Below, piece after piece: positions 1-11,900 of a stretch of 45,391 nt of DNA. Under the pieces are notes generated by a model. It ran no database searches and was not told the origin of the DNA. It saw nothing but the letters and a program-made list of their open reading frames with translations. Position 1 is the stretch's first letter; each line of letters opens with the position of its first letter. Source of the stretch: Vitrella brassicaformis CCMP3155 (Eukaryota; Protista; Chromerida); the NCBI GenBank assembly GCA_001179505.1, contig CDMY01000597.1, forward strand, positions 1-45,391, given 5' to 3'. A program made the position numbers and the translations under genes.

Positions 1-136
1 CCCTAAACCCTAAACCCTAAACCCTAAACCCTAAACCCTAAACCCTAAAACCCTAAACCCTAAACCCTAAACCCCTAAACCCTAAACCCTAAGCCCTAAG
101 CCCTAAAGCCTAAACCCAGAAACCCTACACCCTAAA
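1..136 (+). repeat. Telomeric repeat (CCCTAAA)n, i.e. TTTAGGG type, degenerating proximally
   Basis: Tandem CCCTAAA from base 1, with variants CCCTAAAA and CCCCTAAA, then CCCTAAG x2, GCCTAAA, CCCAGAAA and CCCTACA before unique sequence starts at 137. Confidence 0.98.
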
Positions 137-735
137 TTGTTTTCTTTCATCTGCGCCACCATATAGGGGCGTCGCGAGATGGTGATAACATTAAACAGCG
201 TGTCGTCTATCGACACACACCATACAGCAAGCTCACAAAGCGATAAGCGGAACCAATCTTATGCAAAACCGCCTCTATCGCTGGCAGCGGACCCTCTCTG
301 AACCCTTTCGCAGACCTAGCATAGAACTATCATTGTGTTAATTGTGTTAACAAGGAGAAAAATACCAAGAACCACATGCACACAGTCGTGTCAGCCTTTC
401 GGGCCAACCACACTCACACATCGGCCGGCACATCACATCAGACCGCACCACATGCACTCACCCACACCCACACCGACACCCATATGCTGCACCCACAGGC
501 TGCCATTCGGTCACACAGCTGCTGCGATTCACAGACTGAGCGGTGAGCGATGTGTGCTGAGGAGCAAAACGATCGACGACAGAGATGAATGACAACAGCT
601 AGCACTCAGCAAGCACCCAACTTGAGATGCCCTCCTGACAACACACACACAGAGGGCAGGGCGGCACTCAGCCACATGGCGACAGAGGGGATGTATCGCT
701 CCGCACCCACCACTGCATGTTGGCTGATGAATCGC

Positions 736-1071
736 TCAGCCGCCGCCCTCCACCTCATCTGCGCCACCCTCACCTACCCAAAGCACACACACACGCACGA
801 TGTGATGGAGATCGAGGTGGTGGTCTATGTGGTGTGCGTGGATGTGTACCTCCGCCCTCCTCTCCACTGCCGTCATTTATAGTATTACCAATCTCATCGC
901 CGCTGCCATCGTCGGCATCTGCACATACACAGACAACGTCACAGACAACAGAGAGAGAAGGCATATCATCTGTCCGACCAGAGAGAGAATGTGTTTTATA
1001 CTATTATTCATACTATCATCCATACCATTGTCATCGTCATTTTGCTGTTGCTGCTGCTGTTGCTGCTGCTG

Positions 1072-1102
<31 letters not shown>

Positions 1103-2414
1103 TGTTGCCGTTGCACTTGTCCGTCGAATACGAATGACGCCACCGCCCTCAACACCACGCGAGCCAGCTGAGTGGTGACGGGGAAGCAGTGCTTAAACAG
1201 ACCACTCCCATAGACAGCCAACTCATTCGTCACGACATGGACATAGACTGCAGACAAATGGAAAGACGAACGCTTGACATTTGACCAGCAGCACTGCCTC
1301 TCTGTCACGCTGACCGGTGTTGTTTCCAAATGTCCGAATCTTAACCCACGCGACGAAAGGGTGGCTGCTGTTGGTCAGCACCAGGTATCGAACGTTACCC
1401 CCATTCGAGCCGAGTGTGGTCGTGCAGCCGGCCACTGGTATGTGGGGCGACTCGATGAGGAGACCATTCAAACGGCCGCCACCGACACCTCTGAACGGAA
1501 AGGCATACACAGAAATGACTTGCAGTGGTATTCCCCACCCAACCCCAGTGAAGCCGTTGGTGTCTTGCCTGTTGAGTATAGTTGATGTGTTACTGGTCTG
1601 ATGAGTCACGTCGAAGCGGTGGAGGATCAGATACTTCGCAAATGACGATACTGATGCATCGGTGAGCTGACCACCGAATGACACCCAATGGTTGCGAGGA
1701 ACCGCGTAGACGATGCTGCTGCTGGTCACCGGTGGGTCGTGTGATTGTCTGTGCTGCTGGTATAGACGGACGGCAGGAAGGGGCGGGTCGACTGTCAGTC
1801 TGAAACCGGGCTCGTCGATGATCGCCCGCACCTCACCGTTGCCGTGCAGGAACAGCTGCAGGCAGGTGCCGCCACTGAAGTGGACGTGGCGGCCGACCAT
1901 CTTCAGCTGCGCCAACACACGGGGAGCCGACACATAGGCCTGAACACACGATCACACACACAGACACACAGAGAGAATGAGTCCCTCTTCGTCCTCTCCC
2001 CTCTGTTTGCCGGCTCACCGTTATGTTTGCGTCTGTCTTGATATCAGCGCCACGGAGGATCACAGGCAGCTCACAGTTCCCGCACTGCCCCGCCAGCTCA
2101 ATCACCTCGCTCATCTCGCCCCAGCCGCCCACCTCCACCACACATACAGCCGCCAGCAGATCATGTGTGGCGAAGTGGTCGTCGTCGAACCGCAGTAGCT
2201 GCACTTGCTGCCCATTCACCGTCCGCCGCAGCCCCGCCTGTGAGCACAGCGAGTGGCTGAGCCGATCTCTTAGATGGGCCGCCCCGAAGAGCTCTCTGAG
2301 CCACGTGCAGGTGTCCCTCAGCCGGACGACGTCCTTGACGCTGAGGAGGTAGCGGCTCCTCCGGCCCACACAAACATATGACACGGGGTGCTGCTGCTGC
2401 TCGTGGTGCTGCAT
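736..2414 (-). CDS. Lineage-specific hypothetical protein with C-terminal polyQ and acidic/Gly tail (about 440 aa, 5 exons)
   Basis: Manual splice model, all GT-AG and frame-consistent: 2414-2019, 1939-1315, 1247-1026, 918-889 (or a later donor), 773-736. Reads MQHHEQQQHP..LSVKDVVRLRDTCTWLRELFG..DANIT|AYVSAPRVLAQLKMVGRH..GNNT|VYVHVVTNE..FPVTTQLARVVLRAVASFVFDGQVQR(Q)n NDDDN|DADDGSGDEI|GEGGADEVEGGG*. Joins ORFs 1833-2414, 1223-1933 and 877-1329. From memory it resembles an expanded Vitrella-specific family (unverified). Confidence 0.7.
1043..1113 (-). repeat. Mixed CAG/CAA trinucleotide repeat encoding polyglutamine
   Basis: Interspersed CAG and CAA codons on the minus strand, in frame with exon 3 of the 736-2414 gene. 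Confidence 0.9.
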
Positions 2415-2898
2415 GGGATGGATAAGTCAAGACGGTCAGATGACTGAGGCGCTCGACGAGAGGCTGCACAGAGCGACAGAGCCGACACAGGATTGTGTGC
2501 ATCGAGCATGCTGCTCACAGATCTGTGTGCTGCTCACCTCCTTCGATTCTCAGATGGACAGATCAGAGAGAGGTCAACGAGTCACCATCAGCAGCGGCAG
2601 ATGAGGCGCCATCGCTCCTCAGCCACACTGCACCGATGGGCCGACAGACACACAGAGAGAGAGGCACACAGATAGACAGACAGACAGACAGTCGGCTGAT
2701 TCTGGTGTCGTGTGTCACATCCCTCCCATCTGGGTGTATGTGTTTGTGTGTGTGTGTGTGTGTGGCTGTCTGCCTGCGCACCGCTGCGGTGTTCGAGTGC
2801 AGTCGGCGGTAAGTCACCTCGGCGCCCTCAGCTGCACCAGTGTCTGTCTGTCTGTCGTCATGACGGACGGCCGCACCCACACTCACTCACTCACTCAA

Positions 2899-2975
2899 CA
2901 GACAGACAGACCGACAGACCGACAGACCGACAGACCGACAGACCGACAGACCGACAGACAGACAGACCGACAGAC
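2899..2975 (+). repeat. (GACAGACC)n / (GACA)n microsatellite in the intergenic region
   Basis: Direct reading: cagacagacagaccgacagaccgacagacc... Confidence 0.9.
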
Positions 2976-3165
2976 ATCTGCAGCACAGCACACAGAGCAG
3001 AGCGGCCGTCTCACATCATGGTGATGCTCGAGGTGTCCCTCACTCACTCACTGACCTGACTGACTCGCCACGTGACAAGCCAAAGTGGACGCCAAAGGAC
3101 GACGGATCTCAGCACACAGCCGTGAGGAGGGCTGGGGACCGAACCGAAGAGCCGGAGATTCAACC

Positions 3166-3226
3166 AGGGGTCAAAGGGTTTGTTACCCTAGAGCCCGAAC
3201 CCTTGACCCTAACCCTCGGGTCAAGG
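3166..3226. promoter_or_regulatory. Candidate cis-element: three GGGTCAA(A)GG motifs (two forward, one inverted) around a telomere-like CCCTAACCCT
   Basis: ggggtcaaagggtt at 3167-3180; aacccttgaccc at 3198-3209; gggtcaagg at 3218-3226. The element ends 32 nt upstream of the DDX27 ATG. Function is inferred only from position. Confidence 0.3.
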
Positions 3227-3258
3227 CTGGCTTTTTTTCTCCATCGGCTCCATCCATC

Positions 3259-6200
3259 ATGGCGGATCTCATCATGACCATCATCGACGATGAAGAAGAT
3301 GAAGCGCGGAAAGATCAGGAAAAGCCAACGGATGATGCCTTGCCCAAGAAGGCAAAGCGGAAGGCAAGCAAGAAGGGCAAGACAGATGAGGCGAAGGCAC
3401 AGCTGAAACAAGAAGAAGATGACGACGAAGGACTCGCTCTAGACGTGAGAAACGATGCACAGCAATGTCGGTGGTTGTCACTCAGTCAGTCTGTCTGTCT
3501 GCATGTGTGTTGTTCAGGCTGGCTTGGGATTCGACGACAAGGCCACCCTGCCATGGGAGAAGAAGAATGCCGCAAAGAGGAAGAAAGAGGGCGACAAACA
3601 CCACCTGTCAACTGAGGCGGCCCAGCATGATGAGAATGCAGACAAGGCAGCAGCGCCTGAGAAGCATTCCTCCTCTGGCAGAGGCGTTGGTGAGCGGACA
3701 TCCACTCCTGCGTCGCTGGCGTCGGGCACTGGGTGGGTCGACCTGCACCTCAGTAGACCACTAATCAAGGTAGGTGAGGCGGGAAGAGAGATGGCGCACA
3801 CACCAAACAATCAGACACACGTGTGTGTGTGTGTGAGTGTGTGTGTGGTTGCAGGCTCTGAATGACATGGGCTTCACGGAAGCGACCCCCATCCAAAGAG
3901 ATGCGATACCACACGCACTGCAAGGCAAGCACCTCCCTGACTGAGGCATACGCCTCTCCCCTTTCTATGCTGCCTTGTCTTGTGTGTGTGCAGGGAGGGA
4001 CATTTTGGGCACGGCCGAGACGGGATCGGGCAAGACGGCCGCATTTCTGCTGCCGACCCTCGAGCGGCTGCTCCAGAGCCCCTCCGTGAGGATGAGAAAG
4101 GTGAGGGATGGGAGGCATTGCAGTGCAGTGGGTGTCTTGATATGCCTGACGTGTGTGGCTCTTCAGTCGGCGGGTTCATCGGGTCCCGTGGCCACTAAAG
4201 TTCTCATCCTCCTGCCCACACGGGTGAGATGAGAGTGAGCACACACCCCACCCGTTGATGCATCATGTGTGTGTCGGATGCTGATTGCAGGAGTTGGCTC
4301 TGCAGTGTCACGAGATGCTGCAGTCACTGGCCAAATACACACCCATCACATCCGTCCTGGTACTCAAACAAGCCCACACACTTCTCCACCGAAATATATA
4401 GTGCGTCGATGTCTTCCTTTGCCATTCACTCAGGTGGCCGGCGGCTTCAATCAGAAGGCCCAGGCAGCGACGCTCAGACATGTGAGTGGCCGACGTGACT
4501 GATGCATGGCCTGTGTCATCCCCCATTCCTTCTCCTTGTGTGTGTGTGTGTGTGTGTGTGTGTCATTTAGCAACCTGACATGGTGGTGGCCACGCCTGGG
4601 CGGATCCTCGATCTGCTCCTCAACTCGCCTGTGAGCACGACAGACATTGCAATCGTTGCGCATCCATGTGATGGATGCGTATGTGGTGTGTGTCGGTGAC
4701 CTCCCTGCCTGCTTCAGAGCACCCACATGGAGCTGCTGGAGATTGTCATCCTCGACGAGGCAGACAGGCTGTTGGAACTCGGATTCAAAGAAGAGGTACT
4801 TGCACACACACACACGCACACACACACACACACACACGTCTGCCCTCTCCCATTGTGGGAGCTCTCTTATCTTGTTGTGTGTGTGTTGATTGATACTTAC
4901 TTAGTGTCTGGCGGTGTTGCGTCACTGCAGCCGGGGCCGGCAGACAATGCTCTTCTCCGCCACTCTGAGCGAGGAGGTCAGCGACCTGGCCGCACTCGCA
5001 CTCACACGGCCCATCAAACTGCGAGTCAGCCAACCCACCGCTGTCGCACGCACACTTGACCAGGTCAGGAGGGAAACAGACAGACAGACAGGCAGCGAGG
5101 GAGGGAGGGAGGAAGGGAGGAGGGAGCCGTGAGTATGGCATGTGGGGTGTGGTTGTGGTTGCAGGAGTTTGTGAAGGTGCCGTCTGAGTCTCACCGGGAG
5201 GCTCTGCTGCTGCACCTGTGCACCAAGGCCTACACCAACAACGTCATCATATTCTTCCAGGTCGATAGATAGTCAACCGCCACATACACACACGGCCTGC
5301 AGGGACCTGCACACACGCACCGCATACATACATGTCTGTGAGTGTGAGTGTGACGTATGTGAGTGTGTGTGTAGACCAAGAAGGCGGCCCACCGTGTGGC
5401 GCTCATTTTCAGGCTACTCAGTAAGCAGACCACACACACGCCATCAGTCTTTGCATTCCTTGCGCTCGTGTGTTTGTGTATGGTGCACCCACAGAGATAC
5501 CGAGTGCGGAGCTCCACGGCAACCTGGCGCAGACACAGCGCGTCGAGTCGCTGCGAAGGTCAGTCACTCAAGCCGACACACACATCCATGTGCTCTCATG
5601 GCTGGCTGTGTGTGCGGTTCAATGCACATCAGGTTCCGTGCTGGCGAGGTTCCGTTTCTGTTGGCGAGTGAGTTGGCGTCTCGCGGGCTCGACATAGAAG
5701 GGGTGGAGACCGTCATCAACTTCTCACCTCCACTCGACACCTCAAGGTCACCCATTTATACCCACAGACACACACACACACACACACACCCGCATGCCAT
5801 CCATCCCATGCATCTGTGTGCCCCCATGGCATGGATGTGTGTCCATTGCAGGTACATCCACCGTGTGGGTCGGACGGCCCGTATGGGTGCGGAGGGCCGT
5901 GCAGTGACGCTCTACGTCGACAGCGAGAAGCTGCAGATCAAAAGGATCGCCAAGGCTGTCAGCGGGGCACGCAGCAAGGCATCTGCCACCGATGACGGCG
6001 GCAAACTCTTCCAGAGATCCGTATGCACTCCCACTCCCACACCACACAACACACAACACACAAATCACTCACGACACAGAGGTATCTTAAAGCGTGGATG
6101 TGTCTGTGTATTTAGGTGCCGCGTGAGAGTTTGGATGAGTGGCACGAGAAGGTCAGGTCGTTGGGTCCGAAGATCGCCGCCATTCTGGAGGAGGAGAAGG

Positions 6201-7160
6201 TGGAGCGGACGCTGCGACTCGCGGAGATGGAGAGGAACAAAGCCGAAAACCTCACCATCTACAAAGGCACACACACACACACACACACATCCATCAGTAC
6301 CCTCTCTACATCCATTCATTTCTCTCTGTGTATGCAGATGAGATCGCGGCCCGCCCCGCCAAGCAGTGGTATCAGACGTCCCGTGAAAAGCAGCAGACCA
6401 AGATAGAGTCCAAACGACAGCTCAAACACATCACGGCGCAGCAGCAGCAGCAACAGGAGGCGGACGACACACCGCCGTCCAAGAAGCGCAAGACACGACA
6501 ACAAGACGAAGAAGCGGGTGGAGAGGAGGACAGTGATGCAGACGACAACGGCTCCGATGGCGATGAGGATGCCGACAAGTACGGTGATGATGATGCTGCG
6601 TCCCCCCGCCCAGGAAAGGCGGCCAGCAGGAGGGCTGCCGAGGGGGAGAAGGGCGGCGGCTCCAAGGGCGGCGGTGGCAAGAAGACAAAGGCCGAGAAGA
6701 AGATGGAGATCAAGTTCAAGTCGCAGAGCAAGAAACAAAAGGAGAACCAGGACGCACTTCGCAATCAGAAGATGGCCGCCCGCAGCGCCAAGAAGTGAGT
6801 GGATGGATGACCCACAAGGAACACACACCACATCACAACATCCCATGACACATCTGTGTATGTGTGTGTGTGTGTGTGTGTGTCTGTAGGGGACTGAGGA
6901 CACCGCGCATCAACAAGAACGATCCAGATGCAGACCACAGCCGCTCCCACAGCTGGCAGAGGGGCGGCAAGGACAAGAAGAGCAAGAAGAAGAAGAGGGG
7001 CACCGGGCCACAGGCAGACAAAGCGAGTGGGGCTGAGGGTGGGGCTGCGGCGTCGGGGAGGGGTGTGGGCGTGGGTGGTGAGATGGGTGGGTACAAGGGC
7101 AAGAGGAAAGTGCTGGGGAAGAAGGCATTCAAGAGCAAGAAGAAGTATAAGCGGCGATAG
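3259..7160 (+). CDS. DDX27: DEAD-box RNA helicase DDX27/Drs1 (60S ribosome biogenesis), multi-exon
   Basis: Q motif GFTEATPIQ, Walker [49 protein letters not shown]. Also [19 protein letters not shown] and the C-terminus [13 protein letters not shown], typical of DDX27/Drs1. ATG at 3259, TAG at 7158-7160. Confidence 0.93.
3925..3993 (+). other. GC-AG intron in DDX27
   Basis: CAAG|GCAAGC...gtgtgcag|GGAGG restores the conserved HALQ-G-RDILG. No usable GT lies near this exon end. Confidence 0.85.
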
Positions 7161-7354
7161 GCAAACCGTTGTGTGTATGGGATGGGTGGGGGATGGGACA
7201 TTGTGGCGATCGATGGTGGACGCGTGTGTTCAAATTCCTAACATCCATTTTCTCTGTTAACGGAATCTTCCACACACATACGGCAAGCTACTTTTACTGA
7301 AGTAGGTGATGTGCTACACGGATGGACAGCCATTACGGGGCAAACAGGGTCAGG

Positions 7355-8699
7355 CTACCTGCACAACACACAACCGCCACACACACACACATGGATCGAT
7401 GTGGTCCTGTCCCTGTGCTCATCAGGCTCACGTTGTTGGCTCTTTGCCATCCCTCGCTGCTGCAGACCGATCGACAAAAACCGCCCCGGTCGCGCAACGG
7501 TGTGGCTCATCATGCTATGTGGCTGCTGCGGCATTGGAGACGCCCGTCGCATGCTGGCGCCCGCCGGGATTGGTGTGAATGGCCGGGGGTGGACGCGTGG
7601 GGTCACATAAAACATCGATTGTGTGTGTGCAGAGGGGGACCGCAGAGGGGACGGGGGCATGGCGACGATGGCCTTGCCGGGCAGGAGGCCGATGCACTCT
7701 GTCTGCTTTTTGTTGAGGTGCATGCTGTCTCCCTGACGGACCACCGGGTGCTGCCGGCCGGTGAGTGGGCTGTGAAAGGCCACACAAGGGGGCGAGGGAG
7801 CCGCAAAGGAAGAAGACAACCAGGAAGCGTGACGTCGCTCGGTGTGATGGCCCAATGTCGCCTTATCGTCTTCCTTCTTCACGCCTGGGAGAACTCTCAC
7901 GTGTGTGGCCGCCGCCCTCGTCGTCCTGGCCATTCGAGACACATCCATAGCCTTCACCTGCGACATCTGGCGGCTGCTCAGCGAGGAGGGAGACACGTGT
8001 CGATGCACGACCGAGGGTGTCGATACGCAGCAGCTGGCTGAGGGGCAGGGGTGGGATCAGCAGAGGAATTGGCGTGACCTTCGGCTCTCTCGGGCACGCC
8101 ACTGACTCTCTGTCCTGCTGCTGCAAAGCGGCAGGCTCGGTGCCCTCATCCTCTTCCTCGTCAAAAGTCGGCGCTCTTGTGGTAATCACATCGCTTGATC
8201 CGCGCACCAGTCGGTTGCCCCTCCGATGTCCATCCTTGCCCTTTGCCGTGTGGGTGAGGTCGTTCTTCCAACTCACATTCGCAGAATCGGTCTGTGTCGA
8301 AGAGTCCTGTGAGCGGCCAAGTGGTCTGTGTTCATACAAGCCAGGACGGCAGTCGACGGGCGCACGCAAGAAGCACGGCGACAGTCCTCTGTGCAAACTG
8401 ACCTTGACACTGCCACTTGCTGGGCCAAGAGAGGGACGCGCTGCAAGTCAAGGCACAGGGCAACGTTGACTTGCTGCAGTTGTTGCAACTCTGCCACCTG
8501 CTCTGCCAGCAGCTTGTCAAATTTCGAGCATGTCTGAGACAAGACACAGAAGTGGATTCAATTTGATGGGTGGGTTCGTTTGACAAACTTGGGCCATTTC
8601 ATCATTCTGAGCGGTGACGGTCTTGACGCGGGCTCTCATTGCCTCCAGCTCCTCACGGAGGGAAACCAGCTGATCCTTGGACGACCTCAGCCCTTCCAT
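7355..8699 (-). CDS. Hypothetical protein with N-terminal coiled coil
   Basis: Frame-consistent GT-AG introns at 8588-8534, 8402-8326 and 7957-7885 join MEGLRSSKDQLVSLREELEAMRARVK..AQ|TCSKFDKLLAEQVAELQQLQQ..SR|PLGRSQDSS..DVAG|VKKEDDK.. to ORF 7355-8008. Both ends are uncertain. Confidence 0.6.
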
Positions 8700-8912
8700 G
8701 TTTCTCGGGGGAAGTGTCAGTGGAATCCTCCCCGAAGGCTTTGGGGCAATATTGCTTTGGGGGAGCAAGTGGCGTCACGATGGCGTGGCGGAGACACAAG
8801 AGACGAGGCCCTTCAGTCTCAGATCGCACGCGTGGGGGCCAGAGCGAAGGCCCCCAGGCGTCTTTCAAAGTTCCCCCCTTCTCTCGCGAAACCAAGGCGT
8901 ACGCACGTTCTG

Positions 8913-11900
8913 ATGGCGACTATCAAGATGGATGGTTACCCTTCTGGGGCCCCGAAGGCAAAGAGAGGCCATCCCGGCCGAATCGTCACCGACAGGGAGA
9001 AAATGCTGATCAAAGGATGGACCAATCGGTACTGTCAGACATGATGATCTGTGAGTAGTGCATTGCCCTACTGCTATTTGTTCAGATTGGCGTTGAACCG
9101 ATGTGTTTCTTCGCCGCCAGCCGTGAGTCAGTCAAAGAGCCGGCTTCAAGGCCCAGTTCAAGGCTTCATTCCTGCATCCACGACTGTGTTGTGTGTGTTC
9201 AGGCCAACCGCACCACCCGTGGTCAGTATCTGACTGTCGTGGAGATCGCATCTATCACCGACATGCAGCTGCCCACACACCTCAACCCGCCATCGATGAT
9301 GGTACACATTGGACAGAGCCACGACCATGATACTTCTTTGAAGGATCTTTCCTGCCTCCTTGCAGGGCCCCACTCAGTCGCTGCTCGTGTGGCTGCAGTG
9401 CAGCCTCGTCCACCTCAGCAGCGGAACTTTCTATGGGCGCACAGTGGCCACCCAACGCACTCAGATCAAGGGCGGCAGACAGAGAGGGGAGGGGCAGGCG
9501 GGTGCAGGCGTCGGTGTTGGGCCGCTGCCACCAACCAATGAGGTCATCCAAGTGGATGTGCAGCAGGTGAGTGAGACAGGAACGCATCCACGAGTATGAG
9601 GTGCCTCATGTGTGTGTGTGTCCATGTGTCTGTTTGTATGGCTTCGATCAGTCAGTGGTGTTCCACACGAATGTCGAGGACGTCGACAGCCGCCTGTTGA
9701 TCGAAATTGTCGCACAACCGAATGACACGTCGCCAAGTGAGACAAGAGATACATAAACAACACATGGATCACATCCACCCCGTCTCGGCTCCTGCCTTCA
9801 ATTATGTACCAGATTCGACTTACAGCGAGCCCGTGTCGCTCGGCTGGACAATGCTCGAGTACCTGCACTCTCCCAAATCACGACCGGCAGCCCCCTCAGC
9901 CTCACGTGTTCTCGCTGGCACACCGCGGCTGCTGGCTCTGTCCGCCACACACGTACACAACACAACACAAGCATGTCTGCACCCACAAAGAGAGAAAGTG
10001 AGGGTACATTCATTGACCATCCACACATGCATTGCAGGCCGCCCCATCGATCATCGACGGCCTTCCCTCCGTCGCCACGCTCACCACACTCACCTACGAA
10101 GCTCCCCCACCATCCCTCGCCCCCGCAGAAGTGTCAGCACCCGACACAGCCCCGCGGATCATGCCGCCGCGTGAGGCCATGATGACGCTTCTTCCAGCCG
10201 ACTGCCCCTATGTGGTGGGCAGCCGGCTGCCCGGCCTGGTGGAGGATGGCAGGAAGGGCAGAGTGGATGGCAAGGGCGTGTTGGGGCGTGTGGTGCCGTG
10301 CCTGACGTGCGGGTGCTCCGTGGAGGATGTGATGCTCGTGCGTGAGACAGACAGGAGAGAAACTAGACAGCGAGAACACACACCCTTCTCTGATTTTTGC
10401 AGGAGGCGGGTGATTTCCGGTGGTGGGATTGCTTCCTTGTGTCTCTCAGGGAGGTCCACTACAAGTGAGTTAACATGAGAATCACACATACACATCGAGA
10501 CACATGCAGGCATTGTCTCCTCTTTGCCAGGATGATGAGCGGCAGTATCGATGAGCGTCAGGCCGACTTGGGTCCCAATGCGGTGACCATAACGCAGCAG
10601 TGCATCTACTTCGGCCTCCACAACGGGCTGCACTTCCTCACCAGCCCCTCAGACAACGCACTGGCCGTCCACCCAGTCGGCCAACACCAGCAGCCGCAGC
10701 AGAGCCTGGTGCTGCAGGCGCCGTCGGCACTGCGGTTGAGAGACGTACCGTGTGACGCCGATATTGCTATTGTCTATGAGGTGGTGGCCAAGGTGAGTCA
10801 GGCCGTATCGGAAGGGAGTGCACTGCACACGCATAATAGCTATACGCATTTATTATACATATACATACACATACAGACATACACATACATGTATACATAT
10901 CTGTATGTATGTATACATGTATGTATGTATGTATCTCCGTGTGTTGTGTGTCAGGTAGAGTTTGAGATAGGCGGGTCGTTCCAGGGCCAGCCTTCCGTGC
11001 CGGCGAGAAGAGAGCATGCCGACGTCAGGGTGGGCTGGGGACTCATCTTTCCATTCCGCCTTCCGAGACCACTCGTGCAGGCCGCCATGACAGCAGACCC
11101 ACACAAAGGCATCCTCCTTGAAAGGTAAACAACACAATACACGATGCAGAGGCAGGGAAAACTGATATGAAGGGCTAGCTTCTCCCTCCCTGCCAGGTCG
11201 TTGTTCCACGGCCCAGGTGTGGGTGTGAGTGGCCATCGTGTGTGGCGGCGGCCGACAGAGATGCCGCCTCTCACACTGTCCTTCCGTCTAGCGGGTGAAA
11301 TCCTCAGCAAGCTGCAGCAGTACAGCATTCCCATCGAGCTGGACATCGACACAACCGAGGATACAGAACCCCCATCAGCACACTTGACCACCCCACAGGC
11401 ACCACCCACACCAATCCTCCCGCCGTCAACGCTGACCCGCGGCCCCCCAGCACCCGTCATCCGACCGCCAGCGTCGCCGTCATTCGATGAAGGCATGAAG
11501 GAGCCGTGGCAGCAACAACAGCAGCAGCAGCAGCTGCAGCAGCCAGAGAGGGGGGAAGAGGATAGGGGCGGGGATTATGGTGTGCCTGCGCCTGTGGCGA
11601 CTGCTGCTGCGACTGAGAGACCGCCCTATTATGTCGGTGAGAGAGGCGCCTTGAGGGACTCAGCTGTGCAGGTGGACAGCCTGCGGCCTGGCCAAGCGGT
11701 GCAGCAGGACGAATGGATACCCGAGATGGCCCCCCCGTCTCTCCCCTCACACCCACCACAGCAGCCACCGCAGTCACCCCCTTCCACTGCAAGGCAGCTC
11801 ACGAAAGATGAACTGGAACAGTGAGCTGAGACAAGACATGACATGGCGCGATCATCTTTTCCATCAAGTGCCATTTCTGTGTGTCATGTCTGTCTGTATA

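Noticed and set aside
240-281. Imperfect hairpin gcgata-a-gcgg...ccgc-ctc-tatcgc in the subtelomere
   Set aside because: Only about 10 bp with bulges, which is expected by chance. No RNA-family features.
827-1178. Plus-strand poly-Cys (827-1171) and poly-Ala/Val (717-1178) ORFs
   Set aside because: These are antisense readings of the CAG/CAA polyQ tract of the minus-strand gene.
7322-8041. 239-aa plus-strand ORF
   Set aside because: It overlaps the minus-strand coiled-coil gene, whose splice sites are frame-consistent; no motifs are present.
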